32,000 nucleotides of DNA from an uncultured Chloroflexia bacterium (GTDB taxonomy: Bacteria > Chloroflexota > Anaerolineae > Anaerolineales > Anaerolineaceae). The DNA lies in NCBI GenBank assembly GCA_963704755.1, contig OY969938.1, positions 1,530,001-1,562,000 of the forward strand, read 5' to 3'. The number at the start of each line of letters is the position of its first letter. Position 1 is the stretch's first letter. The notes below the pieces were generated by a model. It saw nothing but the letters and a program-made list of their open reading frames with translations, did not search any database and was not told the origin of the DNA. The translations under genes were made by a program, and so were the position numbers. Shown one piece after another: positions 23,527 through 32,000 of the stretch.

Positions 23527-25002
23527 CTATGATTCCGCGGCTGGCTCGGCTTCGAGTTGTTTCGAATGGCTCTTGCGGCGTTGGTCGATCAGGATCGCTG
23601 CGACCGCAATCAAAGTGGAAGCCAAAATGACCAGCGCTGCAATCTGAAAAGTATTGTGAATCCCGGCGACCAGCGCTTCCGGGCTGGCCGTGGTAATGTC
23701 GGTGCTACTCGGCAGTCCGGCAAATACCAGCACGTTGGCCGCAAAGATGGCCCCAATCAACGGCAGGCCGGTGGATTGGCCTAACGTACGCGACAACGCC
23801 AGGAGCCCGGAGGTGATCGACAGGCGGTCCCTGGGCACGGCTCCCATAATTGCGCTGTTGTTCGGCGACTGGAACATACCCATGCCCAGGCCAATGGGTA
23901 CCATGCGGATCACAAAACCCAGGGCCGTCTCGCCCACATTGTAGGTAGAAATCAAATAAGCACCCAGGCTAACCGAGATCAACCCGATCAACGCGATGAC
24001 CCTGGTTCCGAAGCGGTCGGAAAGTGCCCCGGCGAAGGGAGCGATCAGGCCCATACAAACCGGGTCGGCCATCATCAGCAGGCCGGACATGGTCGTCGAA
24101 TAACCTAACACCAGCTCCAGATAATAAGGGATGATAAACATGCCGCCGAGCACCAGGAACACCAGGAAAGACATGACCAGGTTCATATTAAAAAGAACGT
24201 TATTGAACAAGGACAGGTCGATCATCGGCTGCCTGGCCCGGCGTTGAACCGCCAGGAAAATTACAATTCCTATCACTGAGGCGGCCAGCAAGAGTTTGAT
24301 GCTGAACGAGCCAAACCCTTCCAATTGTCCAATTGTCATAGCCAGGGCATAAAGGCCCAGGGTGACGAACATAATGGAGGCGCCCAACCCATCGAAGACC
24401 TGGTTGGGCTGGCTGGGTTGCAGGGTGGGGATAAAACGCAGAATGATGAAGGTAGAAATAATCCCGATCGGCACGTTGACCAGGAAAATCCAATGCCACG
24501 AGGCCAGGCCGATAATCAGGCCGCCCAACGGGGGGCCAACGGCAATACCCACCGATACGATGCTGCCCATCAACCCCAGGGCCCGGCCGCGTTCCGAAGG
24601 CGGAAAGACTTCGGTGATGATCGCCATACCCAGCGCCTGGGTAAACACGGCCCCCAGGCCTTGCAAAGCGCGAAAGGCAATCAGCATATAAATGTCGGTG
24701 GAAACCGAGCACAAAAACGAGCCGATCGTGAACAGGATCAGTCCGCCCAGGTAGAGGACTTTCTTGTTATGCATATCCCCCAGGCGGGCAGCGCCCAGCA
24801 TTAGCGATGTGACCACCAGGACATAGCTCAACATGACCCATTGCACGGTGGCGAAGTTGGTGTGAAATACCAATTCCAGCGTTGGCAGCGAAATATTAAC
24901 GATGCTGGCGTCGATGGTCGCCATCAAAACACCCATACCTACGCCAATAAGAGCCAACCACCGTCTGGATGGTGGAGAAAGAACCAAGGAATTATTTTCC
25001 AT
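23527..25002 (-). CDS. MFS transporter, DHA2 (EmrB/QacA-like, 14-TM) family
   Basis: It is long enough for 14 TM segments and has motifs such as GDMHNKKVLYLGGLILF and FRALQGLGA. ATG 25002, with GAGG 8 nt upstream, is preferred over the TTG at 25053. Confidence 0.8.
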   Translation of the reverse strand: MENNSLVLSPPSRRWLALIGVGMGVLMATIDASIVNISLPTLELVFHTNFATVQWVMLSYVLVVTSLMLGAARLGDMHNKKVLYLGGLILFTIGSFLCSVSTDIYMLIAFRALQGLGAVFTQALGMAIITEVFPPSERGRALGLMGSIVSVGIAVGPPLGGLIIGLASWHWIFLVNVPIGIISTFIILRFIPTLQPSQPNQVFDGLGASIMFVTLGLYALAMTIGQLEGFGSFSIKLLLAASVIGIVIFLAVQRRARQPMIDLSLFNNVLFNMNLVMSFLVFLVLGGMFIIPYYLELVLGYSTTMSGLLMMADPVCMGLIAPFAGALSDRFGTRVIALIGLISVSLGAYLISTYNVGETALGFVIRMVPIGLGMGMFQSPNNSAIMGAVPRDRLSITSGLLALSRTLGQSTGLPLIGAIFAANVLVFAGLPSSTDITTASPEALVAGIHNTFQIAALVILASTLIAVAAILIDQRRKSHSKQLEAEPAAES

Positions 25003-25156
25003 TAATGAGACCTCAATGTAAACGTTCGAAATTGTATCACTTTTTGTATACAAAACTCAGAAAAATAAGCAGGCTTAATGGGGATCGCCGTGGCGACGGC
25101 CTGTATTTGGGGGTGTGCATGCAGAGGAGCCGCAGCAATTCGCCTGGTGATACTTC

Positions 25157-25240
25157 GTGACTACTCAGGCCAGATCGAAAATTAGGGGTGTTTTTATTAT
25201 TTTTCGCGTGCTTCGCACGCGAAAAATAATAAAAACACCC
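25157..25240. mobile_element. MITE-like element, copy E (left arm plus core-2; right arm degenerate or absent)
   Basis: The left end is GTGACTACTCAGG. The core is a perfect 26-bp stem, 25186-25211 against 25215-25240, with loop ttc. Confidence 0.7.
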
Positions 25241-25297
25241 TTTTTGCAAAAAGCTATCCCCTCAAGAGCCAGCAGAGGGGTAAGCACCAAAAGCAAT

Positions 25298-26008
25298 TCA
25301 ATCCGGCTTGAACAGGTACCCGACTTCTGTATGCAGCAGGATCTGCGGCTGGTCCGGGTTGGCCTCGATTTTGCCTTGCATGTTGCGGATGGTGTTATCC
25401 ACCAGGGCCTGCATCGTCCGCGCGGGCAGCATCTCTCTGCCCCAGCCGGCCGAGTACAATTCCCCGGTCGTCACCTCGATGTACGCATCCTGCATCAGGC
25501 GCTTGAACAGGCGCGTTTCGGTGGGGGTCAACTCGATGGCCAGGCCAGCATGTTCCAATATTTCGTTGGTCTCGTCGAGTTTGTAATTCTTGGACCAGGC
25601 CGGCTCCTCCGGCTCGCTCGAGGGCGGCAATTGGCGCGCAAGCCGCTCGATGCGCTCGATCAGTTTATTCATGGTAAACGGCTTAACCATATAATCGTCC
25701 GCACCCAGGAGATAGCTTTGCTGCATAATGCCTGTATCCGAAAGCGCTGTCAACATCAACACCGGCGCTTTGGAGGTTTTGCGGATTGAGGTAAGCACAT
25801 TCAGGCCGTCCACATCCGGCATCATAATATCCAGCAGGACGATATCGATCTTTTCGTGCTCCAGTAACAGCAAACCTGCCTGCCCGTGAGCCGTTGCCTG
25901 GATTCTATGGCCGGCTTTTTCGACCATCATGGTCACCAGTTCGCGGGTATCCGGATCATCATCGATTAACAGGATCTTCAGCTTCCGTTTCGACGGGACA
26001 TCGCTCAT
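25298..26008 (-). CDS. Orphan response regulator (receiver plus OmpR-like winged helix)
   Basis: Receiver motifs are KILLIDDD, VLLDIMMPD and DDYMVKPF; the C-terminus reads ...EVGYLFKPD. GAGGA lies 5 nt before ATG 26008. No adjacent kinase gene. Confidence 0.8.
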   Translation of the reverse strand: MSDVPSKRKLKILLIDDDPDTRELVTMMVEKAGHRIQATAHGQAGLLLLEHEKIDIVLLDIMMPDVDGLNVLTSIRKTSKAPVLMLTALSDTGIMQQSYLLGADDYMVKPFTMNKLIERIERLARQLPPSSEPEEPAWSKNYKLDETNEILEHAGLAIELTPTETRLFKRLMQDAYIEVTTGELYSAGWGREMLPARTMQALVDNTIRNMQGKIEANPDQPQILLHTEVGYLFKPD

Positions 26009-26084
26009 CTCATTCCTCATGGCCAGTACCTGGGTAGGCCAACCCTTGCATCCTGTGCGGTTATTCGCCCCTACGTTTCTCCTA

Positions 26085-26113
26085 ATTGTAACGTGAAACG
26101 AGAGAGATGTCAT
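26085..26113 (-). promoter_or_regulatory. Candidate sigma-70 promoter for the orphan response regulator
   Basis: On the minus strand: ATGACA (26113-26108), a 17-nt spacer, then TACAAT (26090-26085), about 75 nt upstream of ATG 26008. Confidence 0.45.
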
Positions 26114-26143
26114 CCGAAAAGACCGTGCCGGGGAGAAGAGGAC

Positions 26144-26394
26144 CGGTGTGTCAGTGATTCGGTGGTTCGGTGTGTCAGTGTGTCAGTGATTCGGTGGTTC
26201 GGTGTGTCAGTGTGTCAGTGTTTCGGTGTTTCGGTGTTTCGGTGTTTCGGTGTTTCGGTGTGTCGGTGTGTCGGTGTTTCGGTGTTTCGGTGTGTCGGTG
26301 TGTCGGTGGTTCGGTGTTTCAGGTGTCAAGTGTCGGGTGTCAGGGGTCGGGTGTCAGGGGTCAGGTGCCAGGGGTCGCTGGTCGGGGGTCGGGT
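26144..26394. repeat. S2 satellite array, 8-nt unit GGTGTKTC and variants, about 30 units
   Basis: The run reads ...ggtgtttcggtgtttcggtgtttcggtgtgtcggtgtgtc... It degenerates at the left into cagtgattcggtggttc blocks and at the right into ggggtc and gggtgtca units. It is strongly G/T-rich and A-poor on the + strand. Confidence 0.9.
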
Positions 26395-26597
26395 GCCGTG
26401 TGAACTGTTGAATTGCCAGAATGAAGGTTTTGATAGCAACACTCCATTTATTGTCCTTGCGAATAATGAGGCTTCCAAAGCCGCTATTCTAACCAGGGTT
26501 GAGATTGCTCCGTCTGCAAAAGAAGTCTTCTCGCAACGACATTAAGCGAGAGGAGCGGGCTTGCCAAAAAGTGGGTTCATTCCTGAGATTTGGCCCG

Positions 26598-26633
26598 GTC
26601 ACAGAAACACAAAGCCCCACCTGCGTGGGGCTT
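26598..26633 (-). terminator. Rho-independent terminator candidate downstream of the ABC exporter
   Basis: The stem is aagcccca (26612-26619) against tggggctt (26626-26633). On the minus strand it is followed by a T-rich TGTGTTTCTGTG run. Confidence 0.5.
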
Positions 26634-26657
26634 ATTTCTGAATTGGCCATTATTCCC

Positions 26658-26691
26658 GGCCGGGGAAAGGGAGCAAGCCCTTTCCCCGGCC
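26658..26691. repeat. 14-bp-stem GC-rich hairpin immediately after the ABC exporter stop
   Basis: ggccggggaaaggg (26658-26671) pairs with ccctttccccggcc (26678-26691). Confidence 0.8.
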
Positions 26692-26698
26692 ACAAAGC

Positions 26699-28624
26699 TC
26701 AACTCCTCCCGAGGATCACGTCCAACAGGCCGGCCGGCTTCTCAGCGACAGCCCGATCCTCATCGAACGCAGGCTCCGGCCCGCGCACCGGCGAACGAAA
26801 CGCGTCCAGCTCCTCCTCGGGGTTGCGGAACTGCATGGTGTACAGGCGGGCATACAGCCCATTCAGCGCCATCAACTCTTCGTGGGTGCCCAGCTCGCTG
26901 ATGCGCCCGTTTTCCAGCACAGCGATGCGATGGGCGACCTTGATGGTGCTCAAGCGGTGGGCGATGATGACGGTCGTGCGTTGCTTGTCGTGCATCAACC
27001 GGTCGAGTGCTTCCTGCACCAGGCCTTCCAATTCGTTATCCAGTGAGCTGGTGGCTTCATCCAGCAGCAGAATGCGCGGGTCTTTGAGAATAGCCCGTGC
27101 GATGGCGATGCGCTGGCGCTGCCCGCCACTCAGGTTGGCGCCCCGCTCCCCGACCAGAGTCTCGTACTGTTGAGGCAGGGCCAAAATGAATTCGTGAGCG
27201 TTGGCCGCCTGAGCAGCCGCGATCATTTCATCTTCGGTTGCATCCAGCTTGCCGTACAGGATATTTTCGCGGATCGTGCCGCCAAACAGGATCGTCTCTT
27301 GCGGGACGATCGCCATCTGGTCGCGCAGGCTCTGCTGGGTAATCGAACGCAGGTCGTGACCGTCGATCTGAACGCTGCCTGCTTTGGGGTCGTAGAAGCG
27401 CGGGATCAGGTTGAACATGGTGCTCTTGCCGGCGCCGCTCGGGCCGACCAGGGCCAGGATTTCCCCTTCCTGGATATCCAGGTTTATGTTCTGCAGCACG
27501 GGTGTTTCGCCATCGTAACTGAAGGAGACATTCTCGAAGGAGATCCGTCCGTCCGCCTCGGGTAAAGCCACGGCATCCGGCGCATCCTGCACACCGGGTT
27601 CGGTATCCATGATCTCGAATACCCGCCGGACACCGCCCAGTGCCGAGCGCACCTGGCCAAACACTGATCCCAGGCCACCCAGGCTGCTGGCGATTGAGAT
27701 ACCGTACATCAAAAAGCCGGTGATCATGGCCAGGGTCAACCGGCCGGCGATCACCTCGCGGCCGCCATACCACATGATAGCCGCGATGGAACCAAAACCG
27801 AGGAACATCATCACTCCCTGGAAGAGTGAGCTGTCCACTGCCAGTTTCAGCGAGGCCTGGAATGTTTTGCGCATAGCGGTGTTATAGCGCTGGGTTTCAT
27901 ATTTTTCCCGCCCGAAACTCTTGACGATGCGTACACCCTGTAAGCCTTCCTCGGCCACCACGGTCGAGTCCGCCAACTGGTCTTGAATACGGGTGCTGGA
28001 GCGCTGGATGCGGCCGCCAAAGAACACCGCAACCAGAATCAACACCGGGATCAAAGCCAAAATAAAGAGGGTGAACCGGGCGTTCATCGACAACACAATA
28101 GCCACCGAACCGACCAGGGTTACCACCATGCTAAGCAGCATGGTGATGTTGCTGGTCAGCATAGTGCGCATCTGGGTCACATCATTCGATAACCGCGAGA
28201 CCAGGTCACCCACCCGCCGGGTGGCGTAAAAATCCAGCGAAAGCTCTTGCAGATGAGCGTAAAGCGATGTGCGCAGGTCCATCACGATCCGCTCGCCAAT
28301 ATACGCCAGCAAGTAGGATTGCAAGAAAGTAAACCCGGCTTGTATTAAAAAGACCAGGATCAATGCCCCCGCCAGCATGTTAAGCGGGCCATAGCTTTGC
28401 GATTTCGTCACCGAATCGAGTAACTTGACGATAATGGCCGGAAATGCCAGCCCGGCGCCCGTCGAAAACAGCAAGGCCAAAACAGCCAGCCCCATCCGCC
28501 CCCAATAGGGCTTCAAATAACCGAACAGTCGTTTCCAGTTGACCGATTTCAGCGATACCGCTGGTTCATTTTGATTGGATAAAGCCGGGCGCCCCCGCCC
28601 CCGGCTGTTTGCGCGATTTTCCAT
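26699..28624 (-). CDS. ABC exporter, fused permease-ATPase (ABCB/MsbA-like type I exporter)
   Basis: 641 aa with 6 TM segments followed by an NBD. Walker A is GPSGAGKST, the signature LSGGQRQR and Walker [10 protein letters not shown]. Confidence 0.9.
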   Translation of the reverse strand: MENRANSRGRGRPALSNQNEPAVSLKSVNWKRLFGYLKPYWGRMGLAVLALLFSTGAGLAFPAIIVKLLDSVTKSQSYGPLNMLAGALILVFLIQAGFTFLQSYLLAYIGERIVMDLRTSLYAHLQELSLDFYATRRVGDLVSRLSNDVTQMRTMLTSNITMLLSMVVTLVGSVAIVLSMNARFTLFILALIPVLILVAVFFGGRIQRSSTRIQDQLADSTVVAEEGLQGVRIVKSFGREKYETQRYNTAMRKTFQASLKLAVDSSLFQGVMMFLGFGSIAAIMWYGGREVIAGRLTLAMITGFLMYGISIASSLGGLGSVFGQVRSALGGVRRVFEIMDTEPGVQDAPDAVALPEADGRISFENVSFSYDGETPVLQNINLDIQEGEILALVGPSGAGKSTMFNLIPRFYDPKAGSVQIDGHDLRSITQQSLRDQMAIVPQETILFGGTIRENILYGKLDATEDEMIAAAQAANAHEFILALPQQYETLVGERGANLSGGQRQRIAIARAILKDPRILLLDEATSSLDNELEGLVQEALDRLMHDKQRTTVIIAHRLSTIKVAHRIAVLENGRISELGTHEELMALNGLYARLYTMQFRNPEEELDAFRSPVRGPEPAFDEDRAVAEKPAGLLDVILGRS

Positions 28625-28772
28625 GAATAATTTTTCTCCTTATAAGTTCACCCTGCATCCACTGACGCAAGGATTGATTTCGGCAATCAGATTAGCAGGT
28701 GTATGTAAATTCAATATAAACAGCCAGAAAATGTTTTTTGCATTAATGGGCCGGCATCTACCCGCATCCCAG

Positions 28773-28795
28773 CCTTCTCCCTGGGAGGGAGAAGG
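28773..28795. repeat. REP-like hairpin (ccttctccc-N5-gggagaagg)
   Basis: 9-bp stem, same family as 5876-5903. Confidence 0.75.
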
Positions 28796-28898
28796 TGTTA
28801 AGCCCAGCTCGCCGGCAGGAAACGGTTGAAAAGTGTCATGGCCAATCTGATTTGATATGACTCTTGAGAATATCTCTCAATCAGGCCATTGCCTGACT

Positions 28899-28919
28899 CC
28901 TCTCCCCTTCGGGGAGAGG
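28899..28919. repeat. REP-like hairpin (cctctcccc-ttc-ggggagagg)
   Basis: 9-bp stem followed by ccaggtgagg, same family as 5876-5903. Confidence 0.75.
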
Positions 28920-29110
28920 CCAGGTGAGGAGTACGGCCGGCAGGCCAGAACCTTGTGCCGAAACAGAACATTCGCCAACAGACGATTTCCCGTCACTGAA
29001 TGCCGGATTATGTCGGACTTCCTCGAAGAGTTAGAGACCCACGAAGGTGGGTTTTCATGTTTTTGCAGCGGTGATTTCAATCGCCAACGCCGGCCAACCG
29101 GTAATCACAT

Positions 29111-29980
29111 CTACTTCAACAAGAAATTCTTCACCAGGGCCGCCACCACCTCGGGCGCCTCATCATCCGGCGCGGTGTGGTTCAGGCCCGGCAGAATATG
29201 AGCCTGCGCCGAAGGGATCGTCCTGGCCAGCACCTGCAGCGAATTCAACAGGTAGCCCGGGCTCTTCTCGCCTCCCAGGAGCAGGGTTTCAGCGGAAATA
29301 TCCCGGTAACCCTCGTACATCTGGCCTGTGTTGAGCCTGCGTTCATAGGCCTTTACCTCTCCCAGCAAGGTCGGTAGGAGCGCAACCATTTCCTGGCCTT
29401 CATCCATATTGGCCATCATGCGCGAAAACACAGCCAGGGCCCACACCGGCAAACTGCTCATCCAATTTAGCTGCATGGCCCTGAAAAAGATGGCGATCGA
29501 TTTGGCCCAATCCCCCTTCGCCATGGCGCGTTCGAAACTGGGCAGCCAGCCCATGGGGATACCCACGGCCGGCTCGTATAACACCATCTTCGCGATGTCG
29601 AGCTTCTGGGCCGCTTCCAGGGCGATCGCGCCGCCGGCGCTGTGCCCGAACACATAGCGGGCGCCGGTCTTCTGCTGGATCGCGCTCAAGTCCTCGATCT
29701 CCTTTGTGTAGCAATAATCGGCTCCCTGCGGCCCACTGGCACCACGCCCGCGCCGGTCCGGGATGTACACCGTGAAATCATTTGCCAGGAACTCGCCTAT
29801 GCGCATATAGTGATGCGCCATACGCAAGCCGCCGTGCAGGATTACCAACCCCGGCCCGCTTCCAATTTTCTGGTAGCCAATAACCGTACCGTCCGCCGAA
29901 GTGACCTGCCCGGCAGTATAAGCAGCCAGCGAAACGCGCTCTGCCTCTGAAACCATTTCAAAATCTTCTCTGACCATCAT
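29111..29980 (-). CDS. Alpha/beta-fold hydrolase
   Basis: The nucleophile elbow is GHSAGG, with an HGG-type oxyanion region (VILHGGL) and a C-terminal His (GLNHTAPD). Confidence 0.8.
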   Translation of the reverse strand: MMVREDFEMVSEAERVSLAAYTAGQVTSADGTVIGYQKIGSGPGLVILHGGLRMAHHYMRIGEFLANDFTVYIPDRRGRGASGPQGADYCYTKEIEDLSAIQQKTGARYVFGHSAGGAIALEAAQKLDIAKMVLYEPAVGIPMGWLPSFERAMAKGDWAKSIAIFFRAMQLNWMSSLPVWALAVFSRMMANMDEGQEMVALLPTLLGEVKAYERRLNTGQMYEGYRDISAETLLLGGEKSPGYLLNSLQVLARTIPSAQAHILPGLNHTAPDDEAPEVVAALVKNFLLK

Positions 29981-30021
29981 GATTTAATTCCCTTCAAAAT
30001 CAATTTGTTCTACGCAACGGC

Positions 30022-31030
30022 TCAGCCTATCCGGTAATAGCCGGCTACCGCCTCGAAGGCCTTTTTGGGGTCCCAGGGCAGGCCGGAGTAAGTCGTTCCC
30101 ATGCGATCAACGTAATTCTTCACCAGCCCATAGTTAGCCATATCCAGGTCATAACGGGGATCAGGGTTGTATGGCTGCGCCGGTGTTGTAAAGGTGAACA
30201 CGAAGGCCCCTTCGGCCCCGGCTGAAATCGACAATCCGCAGCATGTCAGCGATTTCGCTGGCCTGCACCGTTTCGTCGCGGACCAGGTCAACATTGAGCC
30301 GGGGTGGATTAGCATTCGCGTCCACCACCATCCAGCCGCGGCCGCCCTGGTCTTCGGCGCCTTGGTAGGCACAGCAGCCCAACTCGGTGATCACCAGCGG
30401 TTTGCCGAATTCACAGTAACGCTGCGCGGTCTCGCCATACCGGTCTTTGTTGCGGGCCTCGCGGTAATGATCCAACCCAACATAATCGAAGGGGTTCCAA
30501 TCCACTTTCTCCAGCGGGATAGAGGCATAAGTCAGCGGCCCGTGGAAATAGCGCCGGATTTCGGCCGTCGCCTGTGCCAGGAAATCGTTCAACGGTTGGT
30601 TATGCTCGCCCCGGCGCATCCGCTCCCAGTTCGACTGGTTCCCCAGCCGCTCGAGAATGTTGGTGCCTTCCAGAATACCGTTTAAAAACAAGGTGTACTC
30701 GCAGCCGGCCACAAAGACCACTTCCGCCGATTTCTGGCGCAGGTTTTCGGCTGCCTGGGCACACTCCGCCAGGTAAGGCAGGGTTTCCTGCGCCGTGGCA
30801 TCCACATATTTCGGTAAAAGCCAGACCTGCAAGCCCTGCTCCAGGGCGCATTCGGCCGCAAACATCATCCGCTCCGGATCATGGCCATTCAAGCGGATCG
30901 CGTTACAGTTCAAGTCGTTTTTGATGATCTCGATTTCGCGCCTGACCTCTGCCTGCACAAACACCGGCCGGGAATCGATCCCTTGCAGGTAAGAAACGCC
31001 GAAATCGTAGTCCACGCCTTTAATCTTCAT
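30022..31030 (-). pseudogene. Clan GH-A-like TIM-barrel glycoside hydrolase, interrupted by a single frameshift
   Basis: ORF 30161..31030 carries ...VFVAGCEY... and the PLVITELGC nucleophile-type motif. It continues in another frame as ORF 30022..30372 (AGAEGAFVFTFTTPAQPYNPDP...). Removing one C from the C4 run at 30216-30219 joins the two frames. AAGGAG lies 8 nt before ATG 31030. Confidence 0.6.
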
Positions 31031-31176
31031 GTAATAAGCTCCTTTGAAAACGCGCTAGATTTTCAACTGACTCGGTTGCCGGCAGGGAAAACACCTGCCG
31101 GCAAGAGCAGCCAAAAATTCTTCGTCGCAGAAGATCATACGGCGGACATATAAACTGAATTTAAACAAATTGTTGG

Positions 31177-31226
31177 AAAGAAACCCGAATTTGAGGTGTC
31201 ATGACACCTCAAATTCGGGTTTCTTT
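31177..31226. terminator. Core-1 perfect 50-bp palindrome, probable terminator of the upstream (minus-strand) kinase gene
   Basis: aaagaaacccgaatttgaggtgtca|tgacacctcaaattcgggtttcttt. It overlaps two bases of the kinase TAA (31225-31227) and has no outer MITE arms. Confidence 0.6.
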
Positions 31227-32000
31227 ACTTATTGGCGGGTTCCAGCGGCAGCGAGACGATGAACATGGCCCCCGCACCCGGCCGGCTTTCGACCGCGATG
31301 GTGCCCTGGTGCATCTCGATTATCTTTTGGGCAATCGAAAGGCCCAGGCCGCTGCCCTCTTTCGAGCGGGTGCGCGATTTGTCGGCTTTATAGAAACGTT
31401 CGAAGATGCGCGCCTGGTCCTCTTCGGCAATGCCGACCCCGCTGTCTTCGATCCTGAATTCCACCCGGCTGCCGTCGCGCTCCAGGCTCACGCTGATCTT
31501 TCCCCCTTCGGGCGTGAACTTGATGCTGTTATGGATCAGGTTATTCCATACCTGGCTGAGCAAATCTTCATCGGCGGTAATGCTGACCTCGTCCAGAGCA
31601 GCATCCATCTCGATTTGTTTGCCTTCCCACTGGGGCTCGCTGGCCAGAATCAGGCTGCGGATTTGCTTATCCAGACGGTAGGGTTTGGGTTCGAATTTCA
31701 CGTGATCTGATTCCAGCGAGGCCAGTTTGAGCAGGTTCTCGGTGATCCGCGACAGGCGCGTGCTCTCTTCTTCGATCACCCGCAGGTAATGCTCCCGTTC
31801 CTCGGGATTAACCCGCTCGTTTTGCAGCGCCTGGGCGAACCCGCGGATCGAGGTCAGCGGGGACTGGATCTCGTGGGACACGTTCGAGATGAATTCCTGG
31901 CGCATTTTCTCCATCTCGCTCAATTCCATGGCCATATTGTTGACGGTGGAAACCAACTGGCCAAACGGCTCGTTCTCCCGAAAGTTATCCTCTACATGGA
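31225..32000 (-). CDS. Sensor histidine kinase, C-terminal part (the gene runs off the window)
   Basis: The H-box is VSHEIQSPLTSI, and the HATPase_c motifs are DSGVGI and GSGLGLSIA. The reading frame stays open upstream of 31956 to the window edge (...NFRENEPFGQLVSTV, HAMP-like). Confidence 0.8.
   Translation of the reverse strand, partial: HVEDNFRENEPFGQLVSTVNNMAMELSEMEKMRQEFISNVSHEIQSPLTSIRGFAQALQNERVNPEEREHYLRVIEEESTRLSRITENLLKLASLESDHVKFEPKPYRLDKQIRSLILASEPQWEGKQIEMDAALDEVSITADEDLLSQVWNNLIHNSIKFTPEGGKISVSLERDGSRVEFRIEDSGVGIAEEDQARIFERFYKADKSRTRSKEGSGLGLSIAQKIIEMHQGTIAVESRPGAGAMFIVSLPLEPANK

Noticed and set aside
26144-26394. G-quadruplex formation by the GGTGTKTC array.
   Set aside because: Most units have G-runs of only two, and runs of four or five G occur only in the degenerate right end. 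At best this gives weak two-tetrad structures, so it is not claimed.
19069-29980. Reading the M16 peptidase, two MFS transporters, response regulator, ABC exporter and hydrolase as a RiPP/bacteriocin-type biosynthetic cluster.
   Set aside because: No precursor-peptide ORF with translation signals was found. The 23-aa ORF at 26413 lacks an SD sequence. There are no modification enzymes, and the genes are separated by MITEs, hairpins and promoters, so they look like independent units.

Overview
GC-rich bacterial chromosomal window with 24 supported protein-coding genes. I found no rRNA, tRNA, CRISPR array, cas gene or transposase gene. Gene content: an ADP-forming acyl-CoA synthetase; a DUF2892 protein paired with a membrane thioredoxin; glycerate 2-kinase; a msrP-msrQ-response regulator-histidine kinase operon; two thioredoxin-fold lipoproteins, one carrying a methionine-rich repeat module; ccdA; an ECF transporter (fused ATPase, S component, T component); an M16C peptidase; two MFS transporters; an orphan response regulator; an ABCB-type exporter; an alpha/beta hydrolase; a frameshifted clan-A glycoside-hydrolase-like gene; and a partial histidine kinase. 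Two things stand out. (1) An extracytoplasmic methionine/thiol redox island at about 6.3-12.8 kb. In it msrPQ is translationally coupled to its own two-component system and lies next to a CcdA electron conduit, a DipZ-like lipoprotein and a Met-rich-repeat thioredoxin lipoprotein. This resembles an MrpX-type methionine sink fused to a redox domain, but that reading is a hypothesis. (2) Almost every intergenic gap holds dispersed repeats. These include a MITE-like family with GTAACTRCTCAG terminal inverted repeats and 7-8 bp target duplications that carries either of two palindromic cores. The cores differ between copies, yet both arms of each copy carry the same changes. There are also 79-bp and 90-bp tandem arrays, strand-asymmetric 7-8 nt satellites and REP-like hairpins. 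Taxon cannot be fixed from the sequence. Lipoprotein anchoring of MsrP and both redoxins is what one would expect in a cell without a free periplasm. All family assignments come from motif recognition by eye, not from database searches.
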